From Macrostomum lignano (Eukaryota), in contig NIVC01000016.1 of the NCBI GenBank assembly GCA_002269645.1, positions 620,001-684,000 on the forward strand: a stretch of 64,000 nucleotides of DNA. The letters run 5' to 3'. Below the pieces are notes generated by a model. It was given only the letters and a program-made list of their open reading frames with translations. It was not told the origin of the DNA and ran no database searches. This document shows positions 38,744 to 51,195 of this stretch, one piece after another (within the stretch, counting starts at the first letter, position 1; each line of letters opens with the position of its first letter). The position numbers and the translations under genes are program-made.

Positions 38744-40284
38744 TGCAGCTGCTGGTAGTTGGCTGCAAAAATTACAGTTAATAGAAGATGTTTACAGACA
38801 TTGTCCAACATATTTTACCTTGGTCATTTTGTTTAATGTGCAAGATAGTTGGTCCTAAATTTCGATAAAATTAGGCTAAACTAAACTATGTTGCATTTTA
38901 TACAGACTGTCTCTAAAAGTTTTAAATATAGAAGTTACATTAATATATTTTATTTATCTGCATTTGGACGCCTTTAATTGTTATATGTTTTGATAGATAG
39001 GAAAATCTAAATTTGCCAAGATATGAGATATTAGTTATTACTCTTGCATAACTATAATATAATAAAAAGTTACAATTGCTCAAAACCAGGCCCATTTGCA
39101 TAGACAATTTTGTGATTGCCATTAAAGCTTATCTATTAATGAATCAGTCTAATTTTGGTAGTTTCTTTGTTGCATAAAAATACTATTATATGCAATTGTA
39201 CTTAGCAGCTTAGTCTTATTCTAAGAATAAGAACTGCTGCTAATACTAATACTTACTGCTAATAGGAAAACCACCTTTGATGCCAAATGGACTTAGCAAC
39301 TTGATGTTCTTCTTGGGTTCCATTTAGCCATAGCAGAAGACAAAGCATTCTATGCAGCCTATAATACAAAACTGAATGTTACATTAAGCAGTATCTCAAT
39401 AGTGAAGGCCTACACAAAGACAGCCAAGCACAATGCCCAACTTAGCTAGCATTCAAAATATCAAGCAAATGGTATAGTTATGGTATGGTATAGCTATGCA
39501 AGGACAAAAATGTCTTATTTATATTATTGAACTATGCAATTGAGCTCATGTCAAACAAGAAGTCACCAAAGTGGTGCTGCAGGCTGGATTCTATTTAGTT
39601 AGCTTTGATAAAAGTGATGGCCATATGATATTATGCATCCATAATCTACAAGAGAGATAGATCTTCATAGAGATGCTAGGCTTTCTACAATCTAATACGC
39701 ATGCACAACTATTGTGACTATCATTAATAACACAATTTTGCACATCACATACAAAAATGTGTGCCAAAAGCCTAAAATCACTTTTTGTATACCAATATAT
39801 GTTAAATTTCTTAAGTTTACCCAGGAAATTTCTAGCATACATACCTTCTTCCTGACTATGGCCCTAGAGATTAGTAGAATAAACCATTCAGAATGAGACC
39901 TCTATATTTAGAATCTAGGCCATAGTCTAGATCATGTTAAGTGCACGCTTGAACAAAAATTGTATAGTTACAAATGCATGCCAAATGTTGAATACATGCT
40001 TGCACTCTTAAATCTAGGTGGGTGTTGCGTCATTAAATGACTTTTTTGCATTGTGTAAAGGACCCTTTTGGCTAATAATTTGGTTTATTTTTTTGTTCAT
40101 ACTATTTATAGCAGAAAATTGATATGCTTAAACATTTGTTTTAATGTATTATTAATGAACATAAAAGCCAAAAAGCTTGAAATTTATGCTTTATGCTTAT
40201 ATATGAATATTTCAGTCTTTCCTAATCCCATTTAATACTAACTCTTTTGCATAATTCTATGAAGTGCGTGCCAGATATAGCACA

Positions 40285-42380
40285 GTTGCTTGATTTTGAG
40301 CACCAACTGTGCTATGCTCATGGTGTGCATCTTGCCCTTTGCAATGTCCTGTACATCAAGCAATCTAATGAGAAGTAGCAGGCCTTTGATATGGATAGTC
40401 ATCATTTCAAAACTGAGAGCAGCAACACCAATAGTGACAGTGATAGTGAGGAGGAACATGATGATTAGGTAGACGCAGTGAACTTGTTTAGCCAGTTGCA
40501 CCTCCAAGGCCCTTTACAATAGAACTGTTGAAAATTACAATAGAACAGTGAAGATTGTCAAGGGAGTAGTAAAGCTGTTTTACTCCAGCACTGTTTGCCA
40601 TGATAAGCTGCAGCAATTTGTGAAGGAGGATTTTGGAAAGGAACTGTCACTGTTACTTGATACACTAACATAGTAGAACTAACTTCTTAGTATCAATGAT
40701 AGTGCACAAGACATTTGTGTGCTTAGAGATGCCATTGTTAGTCTTATTTATGCAGCAGACTGTCAAGCAGGCGAAGGAAGTGGCAAATGCATTGAAACTG
40801 CTGGAGCTGATCATCCAGACATTGTCCCCAACATGATTGCAACCTCAGCATGGCTGAAGCTATTATTGGATTTGCAATTGAAAAGCTGTAAGGATTGGAC
40901 TTATCCCTGTCTAAGCAGCTTGGCTATGTGCTAGAGAGTTGCATCAGCAAGTAAAGAAGCAGTATCACTATTGCTGTGAATGTCCTATCACATGGCAGAC
41001 AGATGAAGACAATCTCTGAGTTCAATGCTGCAAAGTATCTTCTTGTCTCAATAGTAGAAAAGTTGAACCTGGGCGCTAGTGGCAGCAAAAATCCATAGGC
41101 AGCTGATTGTATGAAATTTGGAACCAACAAGGAGATCATCAGCAGCACATCTTAGGCAACAATGGAGGAATGACTGCGACTGGCATTAGAGGGCCAGCAG
41201 GAATGCAACATTTGCTTGTGAGAAGTTTGCTTGCCGAACTTTGCTTGCTGAGCTTTGCTTGCCAAATTTTGCTTGCGGAATTTTGATATCTGCTTCCTAG
41301 AAATTTGCAATCACTATTGCAAGGCTTTAACTTGCCAAATTATTTTCTTGTTTGCTTGCTTGTTAAGTTGGTCAGTCAACTATTACTTACTATAGTTTAT
41401 AGATGCTTTGCAAGTGGATTCTTATTAGCATTGACATAAACTGACTTGACACTGAGCTTTCAAACTAGGCTTGTAGAGTTTCATTCTAAGAATTTAGTAT
41501 ATAGAATGATTAGAGATTTTATATAGGTAGATAGGGATCAGAAATTGTATAAATCTTTGTAGTTTCTGATTTCAGAATGATTGAGCAGGAATGACAATTG
41601 TAGTAGTGATGCTAATATATAATAATGCATATACAAATAATAATTAGTATATAAAAATGTAAATGCACTCGGACTAGCGGATTTGCATGAGTACTAGTGT
41701 CATGTACTTGTCATCAAGGAACAAAAGTTAAAATAGAATTGAAATTTCTGTGGAGTTTTGAAAGTTTCTCTGTTAGGATGTTAAGGCTAAAATCATAACA
41801 TTGCAAGCAACTTTTACAAATCTAAGAAAAAAATTGAAATACAAGAGCTCAAAAATAGGTTCTATAAGGTTTGGCAAGAAAACTTCACCTGGCAAACCTT
41901 GGCAAGAAAAATTTCTGCAAGCAAAGTTCCTGCAAGCAAACTTCAGCAAGCAAAATTTGGCAAGCAAAGCTCAGCAAGCAAACTTTGGCAGGCAAAATTC
42001 TGTAAGCAAAGCTTGGCAAGCAAACTTTGGCAAGCAAAATTCTGCAAGCAAACTTCTTATAAGCAAATTTCATAGACCCAGGCTGGTACTCAGGTTAAGA
42101 GCAAGAAGAGGGAAAATTCTATTGAGGCAAGGGTTGGACATGAGCTAGAATTCCAGCAGGCTATAGGGTAGCAAGAGTCAGATGCCCTATGGCTTTGCAC
42201 TAGCATGCAAGTGATGCATGCTACAGCTGCTGTACCAATCATTGATGGCCATTCCAGCAATTAGTGTCGAAGCTAAATGCGCCTTTTCTACTGCAGGCAT
42301 TTTCTTGACAAAAGTGAGGTCCAAGCTAAGTGACATGATATTCTCCAAGTTTGCCCTGCTAAGAGCCTACTTTGCTAACT
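40285..42380 (+). mobile_element. Decayed hAT-superfamily transposase (stops, frameshifts), interrupted by an insertion
   Basis: HQLCYAHGVHLALCNVLY at 40301 (CxxH motif); KIVKGVVKLFYSS...LQQFVKEDFGKELSLLLDTLT**N at about 40550-40680 (TRWNS region); LLYQSLMAIPAISVEAKCAFSTAGIFLTKVRSKLSD...LLRAYF at about 42220-42375 (dimerization domain, canonical S-x-E-x-E-R-x-F-S). Confidence 0.85.
41205..42070. mobile_element. Insertion nested in the hAT remnant, ends carrying inverted arrays of a 14-bp motif (GCAAGCAAACTTCA-like)
   Basis: TTTGCTTGC repeats at 41210-41285 mirror GCAAGCAAA repeats at 41900-42065; hAT-like coding lies on both sides; no clean TSD found. Confidence 0.6.
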
Positions 42381-44234
42381 ACAAAAATAGAGCATTACTG
42401 ATTGCTATAGTACCAATGCCATATAGTATAAGCAACAATATGGACAATTTACAATTAATTCATGGCTTTTATGTTGTTGCAACAACCCCAATTTGTGTTT
42501 GCTTAGAATTTTTTAAATTAAGCTATAACTTATTACTATCTCTATTGCAGCGAATAGGGGTATGCACAGATGGCATCCATGTGAAAATTTGAAAATCTAT
42601 TGGCGCACTTGCATGCACACCTATAGATTGTGTGTGCATCACAAGTGTTGTCTGTGATACAAAATGGAGCTTTGTGCACTGCAGTGGTAATGCATAATAC
42701 ATGTATGAAATAGACCTGCATGCGCTGTACAGTTGTAGAACATGATGATACATGCACAAAAAAGATCTGCGCCATGCCACTTCAGTGTAGGCGCATGATA
42801 GATACAAGATAGAGCTGCATTAGAGCAGATAGAGCTGCAGTTTGCTAGCCAAAGTTTTCTAGGCCAACTCACAAAGTTGTAATTTACTAGAGACAATTTT
42901 ACTTGTCCAATTTGGTGAGAAACATAGTGTTCTTAAATCAGGACTATTAGATTTGCGCTTAATTGCTTTATTGAATATCCTTTTGTTGTGTTGATTAGCA
43001 GTGATACAAATCTCTCAATATCACTTAATATGAATGTACTAAAACTGACGTATTATTTGTGCGTATGTATGTATGTTGTAAGTAAACTCCTACAATACTG
43101 GCAAGTCAGCGTTGAAACTTATATGGGGAAACTGCATATTTTTCTAACTATAAAAATGAAAACTCTATGGGTCTGTGGACAAATTTCTTTGCTATGGCCT
43201 ATGGATACAGTATGGATTCCCAAATTGCCCACTTAATTAAATTAGAAACTTTATTTTAAGTGGCTCAAATATTAAAATACGATGTTTTTAAGGCTTTCAA
43301 TGGGCACTCCATTTTATGATTTAATTGTTCAACCATTTAGGCCTTTCCTTGGCCAATGTACAGTGCAAAATGTATATTCACAATAAAGCCTACAAGTTTT
43401 ATGACCTTACGCGCGGCAGGCGTACAATTTGTGGTGTTGATTGAATTTTATCTTTTAACAAACAGTCTGATAGACAATTGATCAAAGAAAGGGAGGTTAT
43501 AAAGCTGACCTCAAATGCAATGAGTGTGAAACAAGCCTTTTTTTATCAACCCTAGGATAGCATTTTTTGCTTAAAATTTAGTCTGACTTTTGTCAAAGAG
43601 ACAAATTAAGCACTCTAACCTCTGCCTCTCTCCTTCCCTTATCTGACCAGGTGTGTAAAAGGGGTTTTAAAATTGATTAACTTTTGCTGCCATAAGTTTG
43701 ATCTGCATAAAGCAATTGACTTCAAACTTAAAACACATCTTCATTGACTCAGTCTTTTGTCTAAATATAAAGTTTCAACTTTGTAATTGTAACTCAATCA
43801 GGACAGAATCTATAGTCTCTTAACATGTGAAGTTTGCCTGCTTTTTCTGATGTTTGTGCCTTTTATCCAGCTTATTCCTCCAGACAAAGGGTTAGGCGAT
43901 AGGGCTTAATATACATTATAGCAAATGTAGTTTTGGAATAACTTTTTTATAGCCTTCTCTGTACCCCTGTGGAGAGGCTAGAGTACTATTCATTCAACCA
44001 GGCCCATGACAGTTTAATAAGTTTAAGTAAGAAATTTAAACTATTGTCCTACCATCTGATTGAGACTTGAGAGTATTCTGTACCCACAATGACAAATTAA
44101 CTTTAATTCCAAGCACTTAAACTGATGCTAGTGCTTTTTTGTTATAAAATATTTGAGATTTTTGCCTACTTCTCTGGATTATTTTAGCAAAAACCATGCA
44201 TTACCATTGCTTGAAAACAGCAATCTTTTGACAC

Positions 44235-45292
44235 CAACTTTAGCTAGCAGGTTTTGGCTAGCAAACTTTAGCTAGCAGGTTTTGGCTAGCAAACTTCAGC
44301 TAGCATGTTTTGGCTAGCAAACTTCAGCTAGCAGGTTTTGGCTAGCAAACTTCAGCTAGCATGTTTTGGCTAGCAAACTTCAGCTAGCATGTTTTGGCTA
44401 GCAAACTTCAGCTAGCATGTTTTGGCTAGCAAACTTCAGCTAGCATGTTTTGGCTAGCAAACTTCAGCTAGCAGGTTTTGGCTAGCAAACTTCAGCTAGC
44501 ATGTTTTGGCTAGCAAACTTCAGCTAGCATGTTTTGGCTAGCAAACTTCAGCTAGCAGGTTTTGGCTAGCAAACTTCAGCTAGCATGCTTTGGCTAGCAA
44601 ACTTCAGCTAGCAGGTTTTGGCTAGCAAACTTCAGCTAGCATGTTTTGGCTAGCAAACTTCAGCTAGCAGGTTTTGGCTAGCAAACTTCAGCTAGCAGGT
44701 TTTGGCTAGCAAACTTCAGCTAGCATGTTTTGGCTAGCAAACTTCAGCTAGCATGTTTTGGCTAGCAAACTTCAGCTAGTAGGTTTTGGCTAGCAAACTT
44801 CAGCTAGCATGTTTTGGCTAGCAAACTTCAGCCAGCATGTTTTGGCTAGCAAACTTCAGCTAGCAGGTTTTGGCTAGCAAACTTCAGCTAGTAGGTTTTG
44901 GCTAGCAAACTTCAGCTAGCAGGTTTTGGCTAGCAAACTTCAGCTAGCAGGTTTTGGCTAGCAAACTTCAGCTAGCATGTTTTGGCTAGCAAACTTCAGC
45001 TAGCATGTTTTGGCTAGCAAACTTCAGCTAGCAGGTTTTGGCTAGCAAACTTCAGCTAGCAGGTTTTGGCTAGCAAACTTCAGCTAGTAGGTTTTGGTTA
45101 GCAAACTTCAGCTAGCAGGTTTTGGCTAGCAAACTTCAGCTAGTAGGTTTTGGCTAGCAAACTTCAGCTAGCATGTTTTGGCTAGCAAACTTCAGCTAGC
45201 AGGTTTTGGCTAGCAAACTTCAGCTAGCAGGTTTTGGCTAGCAAACTTCAGCTAGCAGGTTTTGGCTAGCAAACTTCAGCTAGCAGGTTTTG
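44235..45292. repeat. Satellite, 28-bp unit TTTTGGCTAGCAAACTTCAGCTAGCA(G/T)G (dimer of 14-mers)
   Basis: Direct reading; period 28 (44281 to 44309). Confidence 0.97.
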
Positions 45293-46935
45293 ACAAAATT
45301 AAAGGCAGCAATTGACAAAGGAAGCAAGAGGCCCAGCAGCAGCTGAAAAGCGAGACTTGGAATGTTCAATTTAAGTGAATATAAACTCTCAATAAAAAAT
45401 TGATTTGAAATTTCTTTATTTACATGCAGGGGGCAAAAATGTGAGAAAATCTTTTTTTCTATACAATATGCAGCTGTGCACCTTTAATAAAATTTAGCTT
45501 GCATGGCTGCATGCCTGGCAGGGCATCTATACATTTTTAGACTTGCTGCAATAGGGATTACTATCACCTGTCAGAGTTGCCAATTTCCATGTCACAGAAA
45601 CAGTGCTATTGCAAATTTCTTTAACTGCTGCTAGTATTTGTGTTGCATTGCATTGCATGATTTGTGATCAAAATATATTGTATTCATAGATTAAAGGTTA
45701 AAAAATAGATGTGCAGACTAATGTGTGGAACATAGTACTGAATAAAATTTGGAATAGCATGCAGAATAATGTGCGGATATGCGGAATAACGTGTGGAATA
45801 ACCCGTGCAGAATAACATGTGGAATACTGTGTGGAACAACATGCAGAACATTTGGAATAACTAGCGGAACATGCGGAATAATGTGCAGAATAACATGCGT
45901 ACTGATGACTATGTAGTGTATGTTACAGTTACACTCATTAAAATGTCTTGGATTTGGGATCCCTAGTGCAAAGCCAATGCATGCCCAAATTTTTTTTGGA
46001 TCTAGACTAGTAAAAAATCTAGACTAGTATATATAATGATCTAGACTAGTATAATATCTAGACTAGTATAGGCCCTATATAATGACCTAGACTAGTATAA
46101 AATCTAGGAAATCACATTAGGCCTAGAAAGCAAAATATTTACCAAAGGGTAAAATATATAAACCTAGGATCTGAGAACTTGCCATAGGGTAGAATCTACT
46201 AGAATATAAGCTATGACTTTCTGATCTTATTAATATTAATGCCTAGACTAGGCCTAACAGAAAACCTCAATAAGAAAGAGCCATGATATATAACATATAG
46301 CATAAGATAAAATACAATGTTATAAACCAGACCACTCAGGCCAATAGTGCATACACTCTACTAGCTTTATATGATTTATATTATATGATCAAGATATATT
46401 AGAAGATAGCCCTGCAACTTGGTGGCTTAATGGGTAGGCCCCTAGGATAGCACCAGGCACCCTATTAAAATTTTGGTGGCATCAAAAGGACTGCAATTCT
46501 GCAAGTTAGTATTGCGGTCCCGTTTTCAAAAATAACAGGATCTGGTGCTGCGCTTGCGCCTAAAGAGTGTACCTAATTGAACCGGTTATTAATATTTATC
46601 CTTGCTTGCATGCAAATTTTATGAATTTGGCCTACGATAAATGAACAACCAAAGCGTGAGTTCAAACGTGCTAAAAAAGAATATAAAATTTAAATTAAAT
46701 AAATAACTGTGACACAACGAAGTTAAAATTAAAGAATATAAAAAGCTATAGTTCAGCAGTTTTACTGTGGTTTTTAATTAATAAATTAAAACTTTTTCGT
46801 TAACTTTGTTATAAAGATTAAAATTAGTTTTACAACCGCTAAAGAAAACTATAAAAAGACGAGCGCGATCAATCGAATTTTAGCTAGATAGCCAACTAAT
46901 ATTAAGCGTTTTCAGTCAGCTTTGAAAACTAATCC

Positions 46936-46950
46936 TTTATATATATAGTT
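46936..46950 (+). promoter_or_regulatory. Candidate TATA box of the peptide-precursor gene
   Basis: CTTTATATATATAG lies about 30-45 nt upstream of the ATG at 46980. Confidence 0.35.
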
Positions 46951-46979
46951 TTTTTGCCACGTCTAAACTTGCAACTAAC

Positions 46980-47483
46980 ATGTGGAGCGAAAAAATTTCC
47001 AACATTGCTGCAATTTTCCTACTTTCAACTTTCGCTACTCTTCCAATTCTGTCCATGGCTGTTCCAGGGACTCTTGGTGACCGTTTTTCTGCTATTAGCC
47101 CATCTGATCATCAAGGTAGCTTAGTTCTGTCGCGACTGGGTAAATTTAATTGTGTCTGCCATTAATTCCTGTTCATGCAGTGTATATAGATATCATTTAA
47201 TGTTGTGCGCGCTGTACAATATATTATGGCTAATTAATTTTTTTTTTAATTCAAACTTTGCTGTTGCCGGTTGCCGCTGCTCTACTTGCAAATTAAATGA
47301 ACTTTTTTCTATTACATTTCAGCTGCCGTCTCTTCTCCGGACGAACTAAAGCTTCTGGCTACAAAGCGCTCCTATCTACCGCTCTTTAACTATCTAGCCG
47401 ACTACATGAGTTCCCTTCAGGCCCGCAATAGAAATCGCAATTCTCGCGGCCACTCAGCCTCGAAGGGCAAGGGCAATTACTGA
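46980..47483 (+). CDS. Small secreted prepropeptide, 98 aa, 2 exons (46980-47115, 47323-47483)
   Basis: MWSEKISNIAAIFLLSTFATLPILSMA (signal-peptide-like) VPGTLGDRFSAISPSDHQ|AAVSSPDELKLLATKR SYLPLFNYLADYMSSLQARNRNRNSRGHSASKGKGNY*; AAG|GTAG donor and pyrimidine-rich TTTCAG acceptor, phase 1, open to TGA. Confidence 0.7.
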
Positions 47484-49769
47484 TTCGTTGCCGGAATCTG
47501 TTACAACTTCGATCTTGAGCCGTATCAATCGACAAACAAAACTTTTTTCTGTCGTCTTGACTTTGCTGTTGCGGCTCGCGCTACTAGATAATTGTTTTGA
47601 TTAAATCAAGCATATTTACAACTAAACAGATTAGAAAGCTGCAAGAATGTACTAATGTATTCAGTTAATTAACAAATATAAAGTTAAAAAAGTTTTGCGT
47701 TAAAATGGGCCTTTCCCCCAGGAAAATTAATTACAAGCATACAGTTTCAAAACTGCGGACAAATTTATTACGAACCTTTTGTTGTCATGCGATCCATTTG
47801 GCGCCATTCCGGGCTGCGTGTTTTTGGTCCTAATTTTTTAAATCCCCCATGCTGATGCTTTTTTGTCTTTTTTTATCAGCACAATATTCACGAAATATAC
47901 TAAAATATAGTCTGTGGCCTCATTCAAGGCATTCCAAAACGTAATTCTGGTTTGCATCTTCATGGTCGATTTTTTTAATTACAAATTTTGTTAAATATGT
48001 TCAGCCGTATGTGTATTGCAGACAAGGTTAGAAAAATCGTTTGCCTAGCAACTAAGGACCTCCTTACCAAAGGGATCCGTCCCATGCAGTGCAGAGGCCC
48101 GCATACTGCATGTACATGTGTATCTGAGATTGGGAATGGGACATACCATCCAAGCTGAGTCGTTGAGTTGTCAATGATTCGAGCAATACTGTTTATTATT
48201 AGTGATGATGCACAGCCACAGTCGTTGGGGTGCAATTATTGCAGGGAAGTCCGCGTGTGTGCACTTAACCTCTGCTGAGCTCTCCATTGTGACGTTGTCA
48301 GTTTAAGGTGGTCCCGAAAAGGGCCGCTGGACTATATTTTCCCTTGTAATTTCTCATATTAATTTCTCCAATAGTTTATTTTAACGTTTACTTATAGTAG
48401 AACCCAACGATTTTGTGGCAATTTCTAATTCACTGTATATTTTGCTATCCTCTCTTGCGACCGTATAAAATTGGCACGATCGATAATTTTAAGTTCTCTC
48501 GCCAGCCAATGAAAATCACTCGTGCTCCGCGCCCCCCCCCCTCTGCGCTCCTTTATTAAACCCCCCCCGCCTGGCGGCGGCACTCCTCACTCCCGTCCTT
48601 ATCTGTGCTTCTCTCTTCCTCCCGGCCTGTCCTCGGCCTTGTTTTCCTTCTCTCTGTCTGGACCAGCCTGTTTACACTGCCTGCCACTGTCTGCCACGGC
48701 TAACGCCAATCTCACCACTACGCATCTGCCACTGTTGTGCTCATCGCCGTTACTCACCACGTTGCATCGTCTTGCATCACTCGCCTACCACTCAACTACA
48801 ATTTCTAATTCACCTTCAATTCAAAACCATTGTTGCAGCCGCCAGTGCCCCAAAAGCGCAATAAGTTCTATATTGATATTAACCGCATCGAATATTGATC
48901 TCAACAATAATAACCAACTACGGCCAGTTTCCGGCCTTGTATGCCAAGTGCTCCGCTACGCAAATCCGCTATCAAGACTTGACTCGATTCATTTGGGACT
49001 AAAACGGCCCTTTTAAGGGTCACGGACAACATCAAATAACGTGACACCATGCTAACGGAAACATTAAGTCACTTTTATTATCATCCTACACACTGTATGG
49101 CTCTTAGCTCTTAGGAAAATCCGAATCTAAAGGAAATTAAGCTGCATCCTTGTCCAGGAGGTGTATCAAAAATATCATTCAGGTACACTAAAGATTAGAA
49201 AGTGTTCCGTTTTTCTGCCTTAGATTCGCAATAACCTCACCGTCTGGACATCCGAATGCCAAATAAAGCAATTGCATGTAACCGCGGCATTGCCCCAGAT
49301 GCATTCGCGAAACTGTCGAGAAAAGGTTTGAAAAGGCATTATTTGAGAGCGAAAACACTCGAATTAATAGATGATTCAAAAAAGGGCAACACAATTAGCT
49401 TACCGCATGCTAGCTATCACTTCTGCCTGTCACCCTGTAATTTAGCAGCTCCTCAGTAAACATCAGCAAGTTTTCTTTCTCGAAACTTTTGTCCCAAAGC
49501 AGGATGTAGGGATTCGGCAGCTGCATTGCGGACAGCATCCACCCGCGGTGCCGCCAGATCTAGTCAAATGCTAGCGCAACAATAGCAGCGGTCAGCCAAA
49601 GTGAATCCAAAAAATCCTGTGCAGGAGCACCGTTTCACGAGCTACCGGGGGGGGGGACATGTCCCCCCCGTAAATGCTTTGGGGGACATGCCAATGCTTT
49701 GTCCCCCCATCCCATCTTGTGACCCGTTGAGGAAAAAGATAACTTTGCTTCAGGGTAACCAAAGTGAGA

Positions 49770-51195
49770 GTCTTCGGCGCCAAAATGAGTGCTTGCGGCG
49801 CCAAAATGAGTGCTTGCGGCGCCAAAATGAGTTCCTGCGGCGCCAAAATGAGTGCCTGCAGCGCCAAAATGAGTGCCTGCAGCGCCAAAATGAGTGCCTG
49901 CAGCGCTAAAATGAGTGCCTGCAGTGCCAAAATGAGTGCCTGCGACGCCAAAATGAGTTCCTGCGGCGCCAAATTAGAATCTTCGGCGCCAAAATGAGTG
50001 CCTGCGACGCCAAAATGAGCGCCTGCGACGCCAAAATGAGTGCCTGCGACGCCAAAATGAGTGCCTGCGACGCCAAAATGAGCGCCTGCGACGCCAAAAT
50101 GAGTGCCTGCAGTGCCAAAAAGAGTGCTTGCGGCGCCAAAATGAGTTCCTGCGGCGCCAAAATGAGTGCTTGCGGCGCCAAAATGAGTGTCTGCGGCGCC
50201 AAAATGAGTGTCTGCGGCGCCAAAATGAGTGCTTGCGGCGCCAAAATGAGTGCCTGCGACGCCAAAATGAGTGCCTGCAGTGCCAAAAAGAGTGCTTGCG
50301 GCGCCAAAATAAGTGCCTGCAGTGCCAAAATGAGTGCTTGCGGCGCCAAAATGAGTTCCTGCGGCGCCAAATTAGAGTCTTCGGCGCCAAAATGAGTGCC
50401 TGCGACGCCAAAATGAGCGCCTGCGACGCCAAAATGAGTGCCTGCGACGCCAAAATGAGTGCCTGCGACGCCAAAATGAGCGCCTGCGACGCCAAAATGA
50501 GTGCTTGCGGCGCCAAAATGAGTGCCTGCAGTGCCAAAACGAGTGCTTGCGGCGCCAAAATGAGTTCCTGCGGCGCCAAAATGAGTGCTTGCGGCGCCAA
50601 AATGAGTGTCTGCGGCGCCAAAATGAGTGTCTGCGGCGCCAAAATGAGTGCTTGCGGCGCCAAAATGAGTGCCTGCGACGCCAAAATGAGTGCCTGCAGT
50701 GCCAAAAAGAGTGCTTGCGGCGCCAAAATAAGTGCCTGCAGTGCCAAAATGAGTGCTTGCGGCGCCAAAATGAGTTCCTGCGGCGCCAAATTAGAGTCTT
50801 CGGCGCCAAAATGAGTGCCTGCGACGCCAAAATGAGCGCCTGCGACGCCAAAATGAGTGCCTGCGACGCCAAAATGAGTGCCTGCGACGCCAAAATGAGC
50901 GCCTGCGACGCCAAAATGAGTGCTTGCGGCGCCAAAATGAGTGTCCGCGGCTCCAGAACGAGTGCTTGCGGCGCCAAAATGAGTGCCTGCGACGCCAAAA
51001 TGAGTGCCTGCAGTGCCAAAAAGAGTGCTTGCGGCGCCAAAATAAGTGCCTGCAGCGCCAAAATGAGTGCTTGCGGCGCCAAAATGAGTTCCTGCGGCGC
51101 CAAAATGAGTGCCTGCGACGCCAAAATGAGTGCCTGCAGCGCCAAAATGAGTGCTTGCGGCGCCAAAATGAGGGCCTGCGACGCCAAAATGAGCG
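49770..51195. repeat. Minisatellite, 21-bp unit GCGCCAAAATGAGTGCCTGCG, with higher-order structure
   Basis: Direct reading; a 20-bp variant unit AAATTAGA(G/A)TCTTCGGCGCC recurs at 49971, 50369 and 50788. Confidence 0.97.

Noticed and set aside
48480-49020. CCAAT + TATA-like + pyrimidine tract resembling a promoter or LTR; ORF 48522..49016
   Set aside because: No second LTR copy, no downstream coding sequence I can support, and the ORF is low-complexity.
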